NCBI GenBank assembly: GCA_947629545.1
Contig: CANREE010000002.1
Coordinates: forward strand, 5,084-69,083
DNA: 64,000 bases
Origin: an uncultured Lachnospiraceae bacterium
Lineage (GTDB): Bacteria > Bacillota > Clostridia > Lachnospirales > Lachnospiraceae
Direction of reading: 5' to 3'
The translations under genes and the position numbers were made by a program. The notes beneath the pieces are model-generated. The model had not been told where the DNA came from, made no database searches, and saw nothing but the letters and a program-made list of their open reading frames with translations. Of this stretch, positions 36,548 to 46,323 are shown piece by piece. The stretch's first letter is position 1. Every line of letters begins with the position of its first letter.

Positions 36548-39500
36548 ATATCACAAGAACTGTCTTAAAGCGGCCGGTCACGACCCTGATGATCGTGCTG
36601 AGCCTTCTGGTATTCGGCCTTAACTCGGTGTTCTCCTCCAAGCTGGAGCTGATCCCCGAGATCAATATGCCGATGCTGATCGTATTTACGGTTTATCCCG
36701 GCGCAAGCCCCGACGACGTGATGGAGCTCGTAAGCCGTCCCATCGAAGACAGCATCGGGACGCTGTCCGGCCTGGAAAATACCCAGAGTATTTCCAGCGA
36801 AAATTCGTCGGTGCTCCTGCTCCAGTATGAGTACGGCATCGACATCGACGACGCCTATAATGATTTAAAGAAGATCCTGGACGCCCTGAAGACCACATTT
36901 CCGGACGACGTCCAGGAACCGATCATCATCGAAATGGATATCAACCAGACCGCCAGCATGAGCCTGGCCGTCAACAACGATACTCAGAGCAACCTCTACA
37001 ATTACGTGGACAATGAGATCGTCCCCGAATTTGAGAAGCTGTCCTCCGTGGCCAGCGTGGATATCAGCGGCGGCCGGGCGGAGTATGTCCGGGTGGAGCT
37101 GATCCCGGAGAAGCTGGCTCAGTACCGTCTGGATATCAATACCATTGCTACGGTCATCGCCAGCGCTGATTTCACCTTTCCGGTGGGCGACGCGGATGTG
37201 GGGCGGCAGAATCTGTCAGTGACGGCGGAGGTGCCCTACGACACGATGGAGAGCTTAAAGAACATCCCCATCACCGCGGGAAACGGCAACATCATTTACC
37301 TGGACGACGTGGCAAATATCTACGCGGCGCTGGAGGATGAGAACGGCATCGGGCGTTTCAACGGGCGGGAGACCATTTCCATCAACATCCAGAAGAACCA
37401 GTCCAACAGCGAGGTGGAGGTGTCCGACGCGGTGCAGGAGGTCGTGGCGGAGCTGACGGCCGCCGATCCGGATCTGGAAATGATCGTGGTGAGCGACAAC
37501 AGCGTCATGATCCGCAATTCCCTGACCTCCGTGCTGCAGACCATGGCTATGGCTGTGGTGGTTTCCATGGTAATCATCCTGCTGTTCTTCGGCGATCTGA
37601 AAGCGTCGCTGATCGTGGGCACGTCCATTCCGGTGTCCATCCTGGTGGCATTGATCGCTATGAGCCTTATGGGCTTTTCCTTAAATGTAGTCACGCTGAG
37701 CAGCCTTGTGCTGGGCGTCGGCATGATGGTGGATAACTCCATCGTGGTTATGGAAAGCTGTTTCAGGACTACCAGAGGCGACAGCATCCGGGACTACACC
37801 CGGGGCGCGCTGGAAGGCAGCGGCATCGTGTTCCAGTCTATTTTCGGATCGACTCTGACCACCTGCGTGGTCTTTCTGCCCCTTGCTGTGCTTAAGGGAA
37901 TGTCGGGGCAGCTGTTTAAGCCGCTGGGCTTTACGATCGTATTCTGTATGGTCGCGTCCCTGATCTCGGCGGTGACGATCGTGCCGCTGTGCTACGTTAT
38001 GTACCGGCCGAGGGAACGGCAGAAGGCGCCCATGTCCAGCGTCCTTAAGGCGATGCAGGGCGGGTACCGCCGGATCATGCGGGTGCTTCTGCCCCACAAG
38101 TGGCTGGTTATCTTTACCTCCGTGGCGCTGCTGGCGGGCTCCATCTATCTGGCGACCCAGCTGCGGAGAGAGTTAATGCCCATGGCCGATGAGGGCGCGG
38201 TGAGCATCAGCATCGAGACCCGGCCCGGTCTCCGTGTGGAAGCGGTCAATGAGATCCTAAGCCAGGCGGAGGAGATTGTGGCGAACGATGAAAATGTATC
38301 TACCTATATGCTGTCCTACGGCGCCAGCGGGTTAAGCTCCTCCCTGGGGAGCGGCTCCGGCGCGTCCCTGACGGCGTATCTGCGGGACGACCGGACCCTT
38401 TCCACCGACGAGATGATCCGCAAATGGCGGCCCATTTTGAGTAAGATTCCGGACTGCAACATTACGCTGGAGCCGGTCAGCATGATGGGGTCCCTGATGT
38501 CGGAGACGGAGGGCTTCGAGGTGATCCTGGCCAGCACCGATTACGACACGCTGAAGGCGGTCACCGACGAGATGGCGGACGATCTGACCGGGCGGCCGGA
38601 GGTGACCAAGGTCCATTCCACGCTGGAGAACGCGGCGCCGCTGGTGAAGGTGAAGCTGGATCCGGTACAGGCTGCGGCGGAGGGTCTTTCCCCGGTGCAG
38701 GTGGCCGGTATGGTCAATATGATGCTGCAGGGCGTGGAAGCCACGACCCTGGAGGTGAACGGCCATGAGGTCAGCGTCATGGTGGAGTACCCGGAGGGCG
38801 AGTACGACACGCTGGACCAGATGAGGAGCATTCTGATCCCCACGACAAGCGGCGCTATGGTGGCGCTGACGGACATCGCGGAGGTGGAGTACCAGGACAG
38901 CCCTCAGAGCATTACCCGGTACAACAAACAGTACCAGGCGACGATCACCGCCGATTTTACGGATTACATAGACAATGCAGACGAGAGAGTGCGGGACGCG
39001 ACGACGGAGCAGCTGATCCGTGAGGTGATCCGTCCGCGGATGGCGAGGGAAATGTCCATCGTGACCAATACGGTCACGGAGACTATGTACGAGGAGCTGG
39101 GCAGCCTGTTCAGGGCAATCCTGATCGCGGCTTTCCTGGTGTTCGTGGTCATGGCGGCACAGTTTGAGTCGCCCAAGTTCTCGCTGATGGTCATGACGAC
39201 GATTCCCTTCGGCCTGATCGGTTCCTTCCTGTTTCTGTATGTGACGGACGTGACGCTGAGCATGCCGTCCATGCTGGGATTTATGATGTTAGTGGGAACC
39301 GCGGTAAACAACGGTATCCTTTACGTGGACACGGTGAACCAGTACCGCCATGACGGCATGGAGTTAAATGAAGCCCTGGTCGAGGCGGGAACCACCCGTC
39401 TGCGGCCGATCCTGATGACGACGCTGACCACGGTGGTGGCCATGATCCCCATGTGCCTGGCTTACGGCGACGCGGGCGAGCTGCTGCAGGGTCTGGCCCT

Positions 39501-39621
39501 GGTAGACGTAGGCGGCCTGGTGGCGTCGACGCTTTTGGCGCTTCTGATGCTGCCGGCGTACTATTCGGTGATGTCGAAGATCAAGGGGCTGGCGATGCCG
39601 GAATTTGATGACGATATGTGA
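36544..39621 (+). CDS. RND efflux permease (AcrB/SwrC family)
   Basis: KRPVTT, YPGASP, GMMVDNSIVVME, LFKPLGFTI, QFES, GTAVNNGILYVD, RLRPILMTTLTT; ATGA overlap with the MFP gene. Confidence 0.95.
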   Translation: MNITRTVLKRPVTTLMIVLSLLVFGLNSVFSSKLELIPEINMPMLIVFTVYPGASPDDVMELVSRPIEDSIGTLSGLENTQSISSENSSVLLLQYEYGIDIDDAYNDLKKILDALKTTFPDDVQEPIIIEMDINQTASMSLAVNNDTQSNLYNYVDNEIVPEFEKLSSVASVDISGGRAEYVRVELIPEKLAQYRLDINTIATVIASADFTFPVGDADVGRQNLSVTAEVPYDTMESLKNIPITAGNGNIIYLDDVANIYAALEDENGIGRFNGRETISINIQKNQSNSEVEVSDAVQEVVAELTAADPDLEMIVVSDNSVMIRNSLTSVLQTMAMAVVVSMVIILLFFGDLKASLIVGTSIPVSILVALIAMSLMGFSLNVVTLSSLVLGVGMMVDNSIVVMESCFRTTRGDSIRDYTRGALEGSGIVFQSIFGSTLTTCVVFLPLAVLKGMSGQLFKPLGFTIVFCMVASLISAVTIVPLCYVMYRPRERQKAPMSSVLKAMQGGYRRIMRVLLPHKWLVIFTSVALLAGSIYLATQLRRELMPMADEGAVSISIETRPGLRVEAVNEILSQAEEIVANDENVSTYMLSYGASGLSSSLGSGSGASLTAYLRDDRTLSTDEMIRKWRPILSKIPDCNITLEPVSMMGSLMSETEGFEVILASTDYDTLKAVTDEMADDLTGRPEVTKVHSTLENAAPLVKVKLDPVQAAAEGLSPVQVAGMVNMMLQGVEATTLEVNGHEVSVMVEYPEGEYDTLDQMRSILIPTTSGAMVALTDIAEVEYQDSPQSITRYNKQYQATITADFTDYIDNADERVRDATTEQLIREVIRPRMAREMSIVTNTVTETMYEELGSLFRAILIAAFLVFVVMAAQFESPKFSLMVMTTIPFGLIGSFLFLYVTDVTLSMPSMLGFMMLVGTAVNNGILYVDTVNQYRHDGMELNEALVEAGTTRLRPILMTTLTTVVAMIPMCLAYGDAGELLQGLALVDVGGLVASTLLALLMLPAYYSVMSKIKGLAMPEFDDDM

Positions 39622-39741
39622 TGAAGACGAGCGGCAGGACGGAGCAAAGCCGGTCAGCCGCTTCGGGCGGAAAAGCGGGAACCGGCGGCTTTGCAGACTG
39701 AAATGATAAAAGGGAAATGATAAAAGGGGGTACGGATTGAA

Positions 39742-40944
39742 ATGAGAGAAACGGAGAGGAAAATGGACAGGAAAACGTCCGGAACATGCCTGCGTGGCTG
39801 CGCGGCCGCGGGTCTGGGACTTTTGATGGGACTGACAGGAATTCCCGTGGGTGCACTGCCCATGGAAGTACGGGCGGCGAGTCCGGAGTTTGCCCGTACG
39901 GAGGAGGAATGGGCCAGGCTTCGGGATAATGTACTGGAATATGAAGAGATTGAAGACCTGATCGAAGAATACAATGTGACGGTCAAGGAAGGTTATGAGA
40001 ACTGGCGGAAAGCAGATTCCGGCAAGGCGCTGGAGGATTATGTGTACGAAGCGGAGCAGGCGGTGGAAAACCAATACGCTCAGGCTGCAGGCGCCGAGGA
40101 TGAATTGTCCATGATCAGCGCTGAGTATCAGGCCCGCATGGGAGAACTCCAGATACAGAGTACGATCGACGCGGCGGAAGACAGCACAACGAAGCGCTGG
40201 GAACTGGAAAAGACCGAGAAAACGCTGGCATCTCAGGCCCAGTCGACGATGAATACCTACTACCAGCTGCAAAGCCAGCTGACTTCCGTGCAGAAGAACC
40301 GGCAGCTGGCGGCGGAATCGCTGGAACTTACAAAACGGCAGCAGAATACGGCGGTCGGTATGACGACCTACGCGGACGTGCTCGCAGCCCAGCAGAATCT
40401 CCAGAATCTGGATGCCCAGATCCTTAACCTTCAGAATCAGATCGAAACTACACGGAAGAACCTGATCGTGATGATGGGCTGGGCACAGGACGCGCAGCCG
40501 GAAATACGGCCGATGCCAGAGCTTGACCTGAACCGGATCGCAGCGATGAATCCGGCGGCGGATCTTGCGGCAGCTTATGAAAATGATTATACGCTTAAGG
40601 CAGATCAGCGCAAGCTGGAGAATGCTGTAACTGCCAGCGGCCAGACCGTCCATACCGCTGCGGTGGAAAATGATAAGCAGCAGATTGCCATGGCCCTGAA
40701 TTCTGCGTATCAGTCAGTACTTTCGGAGAAGGCCGCCTATGATCAGGCGGCGTTGAATCTGGATGTGGCGTCCCGGTCCCTTGCTTCCGCACAGGCGAAG
40801 CAGCAGGTCGGTATGGGAACGGCGATGGAAACACTTCAGGCTGAGACCAATCTGGTCAGCTGTCAGTCGGATCTGGAAGTGCAGGGGCTTAAACTATTCG
40901 GGGCGATGGAAACTTATGACTGGGTAAAAAGGGGAGTGCGCTGA
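39742..40944 (+). CDS. TolC-like (outer-membrane-efflux-protein fold) helical secreted protein 1 (alternative start 39763)
   Basis: Signal peptide; two helical repeats with YYQLQ..VGMTTYADVLAAQ and QQVGMGTAMETLQAE. Confidence 0.75.
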   Translation: MRETERKMDRKTSGTCLRGCAAAGLGLLMGLTGIPVGALPMEVRAASPEFARTEEEWARLRDNVLEYEEIEDLIEEYNVTVKEGYENWRKADSGKALEDYVYEAEQAVENQYAQAAGAEDELSMISAEYQARMGELQIQSTIDAAEDSTTKRWELEKTEKTLASQAQSTMNTYYQLQSQLTSVQKNRQLAAESLELTKRQQNTAVGMTTYADVLAAQQNLQNLDAQILNLQNQIETTRKNLIVMMGWAQDAQPEIRPMPELDLNRIAAMNPAADLAAAYENDYTLKADQRKLENAVTASGQTVHTAAVENDKQQIAMALNSAYQSVLSEKAAYDQAALNLDVASRSLASAQAKQQVGMGTAMETLQAETNLVSCQSDLEVQGLKLFGAMETYDWVKRGVR

Positions 40945-42179
40945 TGCGAATGGGAAAAAATGGGAAATTGGCGGCAGCTCTGGGGTTGTGCTTCATCTTT
41001 CTTGTAATGGGTCCGTTTTCATCGGATGTCCGGGCTTTGGGCCGGCCTGAGGGCATGGACGATTTGACCTGGACAAACCTGCAGGATAATGTGATCGACT
41101 TTGAGGAACTCGAGAATCTGGTAAAATATTATAATCCATCTTATCAGCAGCTTCTGGGGACGGTTACGCCAATGGTCGACGCCGGGAAGCAGACGGCGGC
41201 CCAAATGCAGGCGTCGGAAGAATTAAAAACGATGAAGGAATCGGAGAAGGAGCTGAAAAAGACGCTGAGCCGGATGGATCCGAATTCGGTATCGCCGGCG
41301 GATCAGATGGCGTATCAGCAGACATATATGATGTATCAGGCCATGGAGGCCGGAATTCAGGGAACGGAGCAGGGGATCAGGGCGATCCGCAGGGCTTCCG
41401 GAACCATTGAGAGCCAGACCCGTGATCTGCGTACGCAGACCCTGTATTCCCTGACGGCGGCTGTCCAGCAGATGTTTATCGGTTACAATCAGGCGTTGGC
41501 CTCCCGCGATCTCTGCGTTGCGGCGGAGGAGCTTTCCGAGGCTGCGCTCCGGTCCGCTGAGACACAGCGCAGCGTCGGTATGGCAACGGATAACGATGTG
41601 CTTTCGGCGCAGCAGGCGCTTCTGTCAGCGCAGAATCAGATCAGTTCCCTGGACAGCACGCTTTCGTCCCTGCGGCAGAATCTGTATCTGATGACCGGCT
41701 GGAACTATGACGCTTCGGCGGAGGTCGGCACGGTTCCGGCACCGGATCTGACAAGGATCGAGGCGATGAATCCCGCTGTGGACATTACACGGGCGGTCGA
41801 TAACAGCTATTCCCTGAAGACGCTGGATGATACGCTGAAGGGAAGCCTGGCCAGCCACGCGACGAAAGAACAGCGGAAGGCAGAGGCCAGGGAGGAAATC
41901 AGGACGCAGCTGGAGACCCTTTACCAGACGGTTCTGGCTGACCGGACCGCCTATGAGGCGGCTTCTACGACGCTGGAGTCGGCCAGGCTGGCTGAGGAAA
42001 GCAGCAGGCGCCAATATGAACTGGGAATGATCGGTCAGCTCCAGTACCTGCAGGCCAGGATCTCCTCTCTCCAGCAGAAGATGGCGGCGGATAATGCTTC
42101 CCTGTCTCTTGTTCAGGCAATTCTGGATTATGAGTGGGCGCTCCGCGGCATCCTGATGTCGGGTCAGGCAGAGCAGTAA
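40944..42179 (+). CDS. TolC-like helical secreted protein 2 (paralogue of protein 1)
   Basis: Signal peptide; SVGMATDNDVLSAQ, YELGMIGQLQYLQA; TGATG overlap with the preceding gene. Confidence 0.75.
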   Translation: MRMGKNGKLAAALGLCFIFLVMGPFSSDVRALGRPEGMDDLTWTNLQDNVIDFEELENLVKYYNPSYQQLLGTVTPMVDAGKQTAAQMQASEELKTMKESEKELKKTLSRMDPNSVSPADQMAYQQTYMMYQAMEAGIQGTEQGIRAIRRASGTIESQTRDLRTQTLYSLTAAVQQMFIGYNQALASRDLCVAAEELSEAALRSAETQRSVGMATDNDVLSAQQALLSAQNQISSLDSTLSSLRQNLYLMTGWNYDASAEVGTVPAPDLTRIEAMNPAVDITRAVDNSYSLKTLDDTLKGSLASHATKEQRKAEAREEIRTQLETLYQTVLADRTAYEAASTTLESARLAEESSRRQYELGMIGQLQYLQARISSLQQKMAADNASLSLVQAILDYEWALRGILMSGQAEQ

Positions 42180-42223
42180 GCGTGCCGACAGCCGCCATGC
42201 CGTAACGGTGTCTGACTCTGCGA

Positions 42224-42979
42224 TCAGCCGCCGGACTCCGCGGCAGACACGTGTTCCTCCGGTGACAGCAGTCCCGAGAGGAGGTCAAACAGTTTAAAAC
42301 GGATATGGATCCGCGCGCCGTCCTGCGACAGCAGGGCGGCGTAGTCGTCTTCCCCCACCAGACACGCGAGTTCTTCCTTCGACTCTTCCGGTACTACGGC
42401 GTGAGTGGCGTCGATGAAGCAGAGTCTTGGATAGAGCAGGCACCACCAATTTCGGCCGCGGCCGTCGCCCAGCGTCACCTGCACCGCGTCATAAGTTCCG
42501 CATGGCAGTACGATATCTCCGTAATACTTCGTAGGAAAATAGCATCGCGCAAGGCGGACGGAGGCGCCGTAGCTGCGGCCCTGCGCAGAAATGTAATCTG
42601 TGGTCAGGGCTTCCAGTTCGCGGCGGTGAGCTGAGACGTAGCGGCAGATCTTTTCCTTCCGGGAGTCACTGGCTGTGTTTCGGTCACAGATTTTTGGCGT
42701 TTTGTCGGCGTTCCCTCTGTTCGTGCTGCTCTCCCCGCCGTTGTTTTCGGTCTCCTCTTCAAGGATCTTCGCCAGTTTTTCCAGCAGCAGACCTTTCACC
42801 TCCAGTTTTAGTTTCTGGTCTCCGGCGGAATTGCTGTTAGCCAGGACATGAAAACGCAGCAGGTGCGGCGAGATCCGTTCAGCCAGCTGTTCATTTTCCG
42901 GCCGCTGTGCCGCCGCGGCGCAGGCAAACGCCAGAAAGAAGCACAGGACAGCCGCGCAGAGTTCCTTTGCATGTTTCAT
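42224..42979 (-). CDS. spoIIR: Stage II sporulation protein R
   Basis: LRFHVLANSNSAGDQKLKLEVK, FPTKYYGDIVLPCGTYDA..GRNWWCLLYPRLCF; GGAGGTG RBS. Confidence 0.93.
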   Translation of the reverse strand: MKHAKELCAAVLCFFLAFACAAAAQRPENEQLAERISPHLLRFHVLANSNSAGDQKLKLEVKGLLLEKLAKILEEETENNGGESSTNRGNADKTPKICDRNTASDSRKEKICRYVSAHRRELEALTTDYISAQGRSYGASVRLARCYFPTKYYGDIVLPCGTYDAVQVTLGDGRGRNWWCLLYPRLCFIDATHAVVPEESKEELACLVGEDDYAALLSQDGARIHIRFKLFDLLSGLLSPEEHVSAAESGG

Positions 42980-43075
42980 TTGCACACCTCCCTGTATGTG
43001 GCAGAATCCTGTTGTAATTATTTCCAACTATGATATAATTAATCACAAATCCGGAATCCGTTGGAAGGAGAACTT

Positions 43076-44257
43076 ATGAAAGAAACCGTAGCGGTACTGT
43101 TCGGCGGACAGTCGTCGGAACATGTGGTGTCGTGTATGTCTGCGGCAAACGTCATTGACCAGATCGATAAAGAGAAATATAATCTGCTGCTTTTGGGAAT
43201 TACCGAGGAGGGGCGGTGGCTTCTGACAAAGTCTGTGGATGACATCCGTTCCGGTGCATGGCGTGAGGGGAAGATTACGGCGGTATTAAGTCCCGATGCA
43301 TCGAAGAAATGTGTGGTAGTCAGCGCGAAATCCGATATTGCGGATGCGCTCCTGACGGAAAAGGATACCGCGGCATCGATACCGTGCGCCTGTGCGGCCG
43401 GCGGCGTGATCGGGCGGGAGATTCCTGTGGATGTGGTATTTCCGGTGCTGCACGGGCTCTACGGAGAGGACGGGACCGTTCAGGGACTTTTGGAACTGGC
43501 CCGTATCCCCTATGTAGGCTGCGGCGTGCTGGCAAGCGCCGTTTCCATGGACAAATTATTTACAAAACTGATTGTGGGCGGCCTCGGGATCCGCCAGGCA
43601 AAGTATGTGCCTGTGATGCGTGGGGAGCTGGGGAATCTGGATGCCGTGGCGGAGAAGGTGGAGGCGGCCTTCCCCTATCCGGTATTTGTTAAGCCTTCCA
43701 ACGCCGGGTCGTCGCGCGGTGTCAGCAAGGCTAAGGATCGTACCGCCCTGGCCGCTGCGCTCACGGAAGCGGCCCGTCATGACCGGAAGATACTGGTAGA
43801 AGAGACCATTGTGGGGAGAGAGATCGAATGCGCTGTCTTCGGAGGCGGCGGACATCCGGCAGAGGCGTCCGGCGTCGGTGAGATTCTGGCGGCCGCAGAG
43901 TTCTATGATTTTGACGCCAAATACTATAATTCCGATTCCCGTACCATCGTGGATCCCGAACTTCCCGACGGGGCTGCGGAAAGAGTCCGTGCGGATGCCG
44001 TCGCGATCTTTCAGGCCGTGGACGGATATGGTCTGGCGAGGGTCGATTTCTTCGTGACTGCGGACGGAGAGGTCGTTTTTAATGAGATCAATACGATGCC
44101 GGGATTCACGGCTATCAGTATGTATCCCATGTTGTGGGAGGCTCGCGGCGTGAGCAAGGCACAGATGGTGGAAAAACTGATTACCCATGCGAAGGAGCGG
44201 TATCAGGACAGTGCGCTTCAGATGAAAGGGGACGCGGCGGAGGTTCGCCATGGATAG
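43076..44257 (+). CDS. ddl: D-alanine--D-alanine ligase
   Basis: FGGQSSEHVVS, LHGLYGEDGTVQG, MDK, VKPSNAGSSRG, FYDFDAKY, NEINTMPGFT. Confidence 0.96.
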   Translation: MKETVAVLFGGQSSEHVVSCMSAANVIDQIDKEKYNLLLLGITEEGRWLLTKSVDDIRSGAWREGKITAVLSPDASKKCVVVSAKSDIADALLTEKDTAASIPCACAAGGVIGREIPVDVVFPVLHGLYGEDGTVQGLLELARIPYVGCGVLASAVSMDKLFTKLIVGGLGIRQAKYVPVMRGELGNLDAVAEKVEAAFPYPVFVKPSNAGSSRGVSKAKDRTALAAALTEAARHDRKILVEETIVGREIECAVFGGGGHPAEASGVGEILAAAEFYDFDAKYYNSDSRTIVDPELPDGAAERVRADAVAIFQAVDGYGLARVDFFVTADGEVVFNEINTMPGFTAISMYPMLWEARGVSKAQMVEKLITHAKERYQDSALQMKGDAAEVRHG

Positions 44258-45071
44258 GAATGCGCCTGTCGGGGTTTTCGATTCCGGTGTCGGCGGGCTG
44301 ACGGTAGCCAGAGAGATCATTCGCCAGATGCCCGGGGAGCGAATCATTTATTTTGGCGACACGGCCCGTGTGCCTTACGGCAGCAAGTCGCGAGACACGG
44401 TCATCCGCTATTCGCGGCAGATTATCCGTTTTCTCCTGACCAGAAATGTGAAAGCCATTGTGATTGCCTGCAATACGGCCAGCGCTTATGCCCTGGATAC
44501 GGTAGAGAAAGAATTCGACCTGCCTGTCATCGGTGTGATTCGGGCGGGCGCCTTAACGGCGGTAAACGCCACGCGCAACGGAAAGATTGGCGTGATCGGC
44601 ACGGAAGGGACTGTGGGCAGCGGTATTTATACGGAAGTTATGAAGCAGATGAACCCGCAGGTTCAGGTAACCGCGAAGGCGTGCCCGCTGTTTGTGCCTT
44701 TGGTGGAGGAGGGGCTTCTCCATGATTCTGTGACCGACGAGATCGCATCCCGCTACCTGAGCGAGCTGAAAGGAAAGTTTATTGATACGCTGGTACTGGG
44801 CTGTACGCACTATCCGCTGCTGCGTTCCACGGTAGGTCGGATCATGGGCGACGGCGTGACGCTGGTGAATCCGGCTTATGAGACGGCGCTCGAACTCAGG
44901 GCGCTTTTGGAGGAACGCGGTCTGACCTGTGAGCCGGAGGCGGCGGAAGACGATCCGGAGAAATATCAGTTTTATGTCAGTGATCTGGCGGAGAAATTCA
45001 CCGCGTTTGCCACTTCGATCCTTCCCAGACAGGTACGGGAGACAAGAAAGATCGATATCGAGAAGTATTAG
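44250..45071 (+). CDS. murI: Glutamate racemase
   Basis: FDSGVGGLTV, GDTARVPYG, IACNTAS, LGCTHYP. Confidence 0.96.
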   Translation: MDRNAPVGVFDSGVGGLTVAREIIRQMPGERIIYFGDTARVPYGSKSRDTVIRYSRQIIRFLLTRNVKAIVIACNTASAYALDTVEKEFDLPVIGVIRAGALTAVNATRNGKIGVIGTEGTVGSGIYTEVMKQMNPQVQVTAKACPLFVPLVEEGLLHDSVTDEIASRYLSELKGKFIDTLVLGCTHYPLLRSTVGRIMGDGVTLVNPAYETALELRALLEERGLTCEPEAAEDDPEKYQFYVSDLAEKFTAFATSILPRQVRETRKIDIEKY

Positions 45072-45116
45072 GGACGGACCGACAGACAGGAATTTAAGAA
45101 AGACGAGGGCAAGACG

Positions 45117-45539
45117 ATGACCCGGAATGTTCTGATCAGTATTTCCGGCGCCCGGATGACGGACGACGGATCGGAGCAGGTGGAGATGGTAACTACCGGC
45201 GATTATTTCGGGCGGGATGGAAAGCATTTCGTTCTCTACGAAGAGATTCTGGAGGATGGATCCGGTTCTGTCAGGAATACGATCCGCATCCAGCCGGACC
45301 GTATGTCTATCATTAAGAAGGGCGAGGCCAGTACGCAGATGGTGTTCGAGAAGAATAAGAAGAACCTCTCCTGCTATGTGACGCCTTTCGGCCAGATGAT
45401 GGTCGGGATCCATACCGGCGATGTGAAGATACTGGAGGAGGAGGATCTGCTGAAGGTAGATGTAGATTACTCGCTGGACATTAATTACGAGCATATATCC
45501 GACTGCAATATCACGCTTGAGGTTCGGCCAAGGGCCTGA
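45117..45539 (+). CDS. DUF1934 family beta-barrel protein
   Basis: VLYEE, YVTPFG, VDYSLDIN motifs; position after murI. Confidence 0.8.
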   Translation: MTRNVLISISGARMTDDGSEQVEMVTTGDYFGRDGKHFVLYEEILEDGSGSVRNTIRIQPDRMSIIKKGEASTQMVFEKNKKNLSCYVTPFGQMMVGIHTGDVKILEEEDLLKVDVDYSLDINYEHISDCNITLEVRPRA

Positions 45540-45582
45540 GATCATTCGGGGTTGTGCATCGCTGCGTACTGCGTCGGCATAA

Positions 45583-45610
45583 GAAAAGAGCGTCAATTGA
45601 CGCTCTTTTC
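45583..45610. terminator. Bidirectional terminator (perfect 28-bp palindrome)
   Basis: GAAAAGAGCGTCAATTGACGCTCTTTTC between convergent genes. Confidence 0.8.
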
Positions 45611-45611
45611 A

Positions 45612-46097
45612 TCATTTCTTCTTATCCGAGGCTGTCTCTGTTTTGGCTGCTTTCTTCTTCAGCCCGATCTTCTCCAGAAGGCCTTTCTTCTTCGGGGCGA
45701 CGGGAACTGCGCCTCCGCGGATGCTCTTGACCTGCGTGATGTAGATGCCGCTGATCACGACCCGGGCCTCCGTTTTCACCGGCAGGATGTTGAAGACTTC
45801 GCCGTCGGCCAGAAGCGTCATGACTCTCGGTCCTACCTTTGCTTTGACGACCGGCACTTTCATGCGCTGCGCATACTTCGGCGTTTGCTCCAGCACTGCT
45901 TTCGGCAGGTTTGCTTCCTTCAGTTTCAGTTTCTTTTTATCGATCACCAGAATGGAAACGGTCTGGGCCGCGGCCTCCAGCATGGTCTGCTGTTCTACCT
46001 GCTTCTTCTCGAGTTTCCGTCCCAGAAAGTACAGGCCCGCCAATACAGCAACGACGATGACAAAAACGATCAGTATGATGTTTAAAATATTCTCCAC
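45612..46097 (-). CDS. Hypothetical single-TM basic membrane protein
   Basis: GGAGG RBS before GTG 46097; promoter TTGCTT-17-TATAAT at 46146-46174 (minus); N-terminal TM helix. Confidence 0.8.
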   Translation of the reverse strand: MENILNIILIVFVIVVAVLAGLYFLGRKLEKKQVEQQTMLEAAAQTVSILVIDKKKLKLKEANLPKAVLEQTPKYAQRMKVPVVKAKVGPRVMTLLADGEVFNILPVKTEARVVISGIYITQVKSIRGGAVPVAPKKKGLLEKIGLKKKAAKTETASDKKK

Positions 46098-46206
46098 GCG
46101 GAAATACCTCCAATATGTTCCTTTACCAATTTTCAGGTGCAAAATATTATAACACCTGACTGTAAAAAAAGCAAGAAAAAACCGTAAATTACTGCCAAAA
46201 AAATCC

Positions 46207-46235
46207 TTGACAGCTTGACGCGACTATGATACTAT
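46207..46235 (+). promoter_or_regulatory. SigA promoter of rpoBC
   Basis: TTGACA-17 bp-TACTAT with TGn extension. Confidence 0.75.
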
Positions 46236-46323
46236 GAAAAATGCACTATTGTGGAAACCTATGCGTGTAACAGTTTTTTGTGCCCAAAAACAGCAGTAAC
46301 AAAGATTAGAAAACAGGGGTGAA

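Noticed and set aside
43076-44257. Ddl as a vancomycin-resistance D-Ala-D-Lac ligase
   Set aside because: The omega loop FYDFDAKY keeps the Tyr typical of D-Ala-D-Ala ligases; no van genes nearby; housekeeping context with murI
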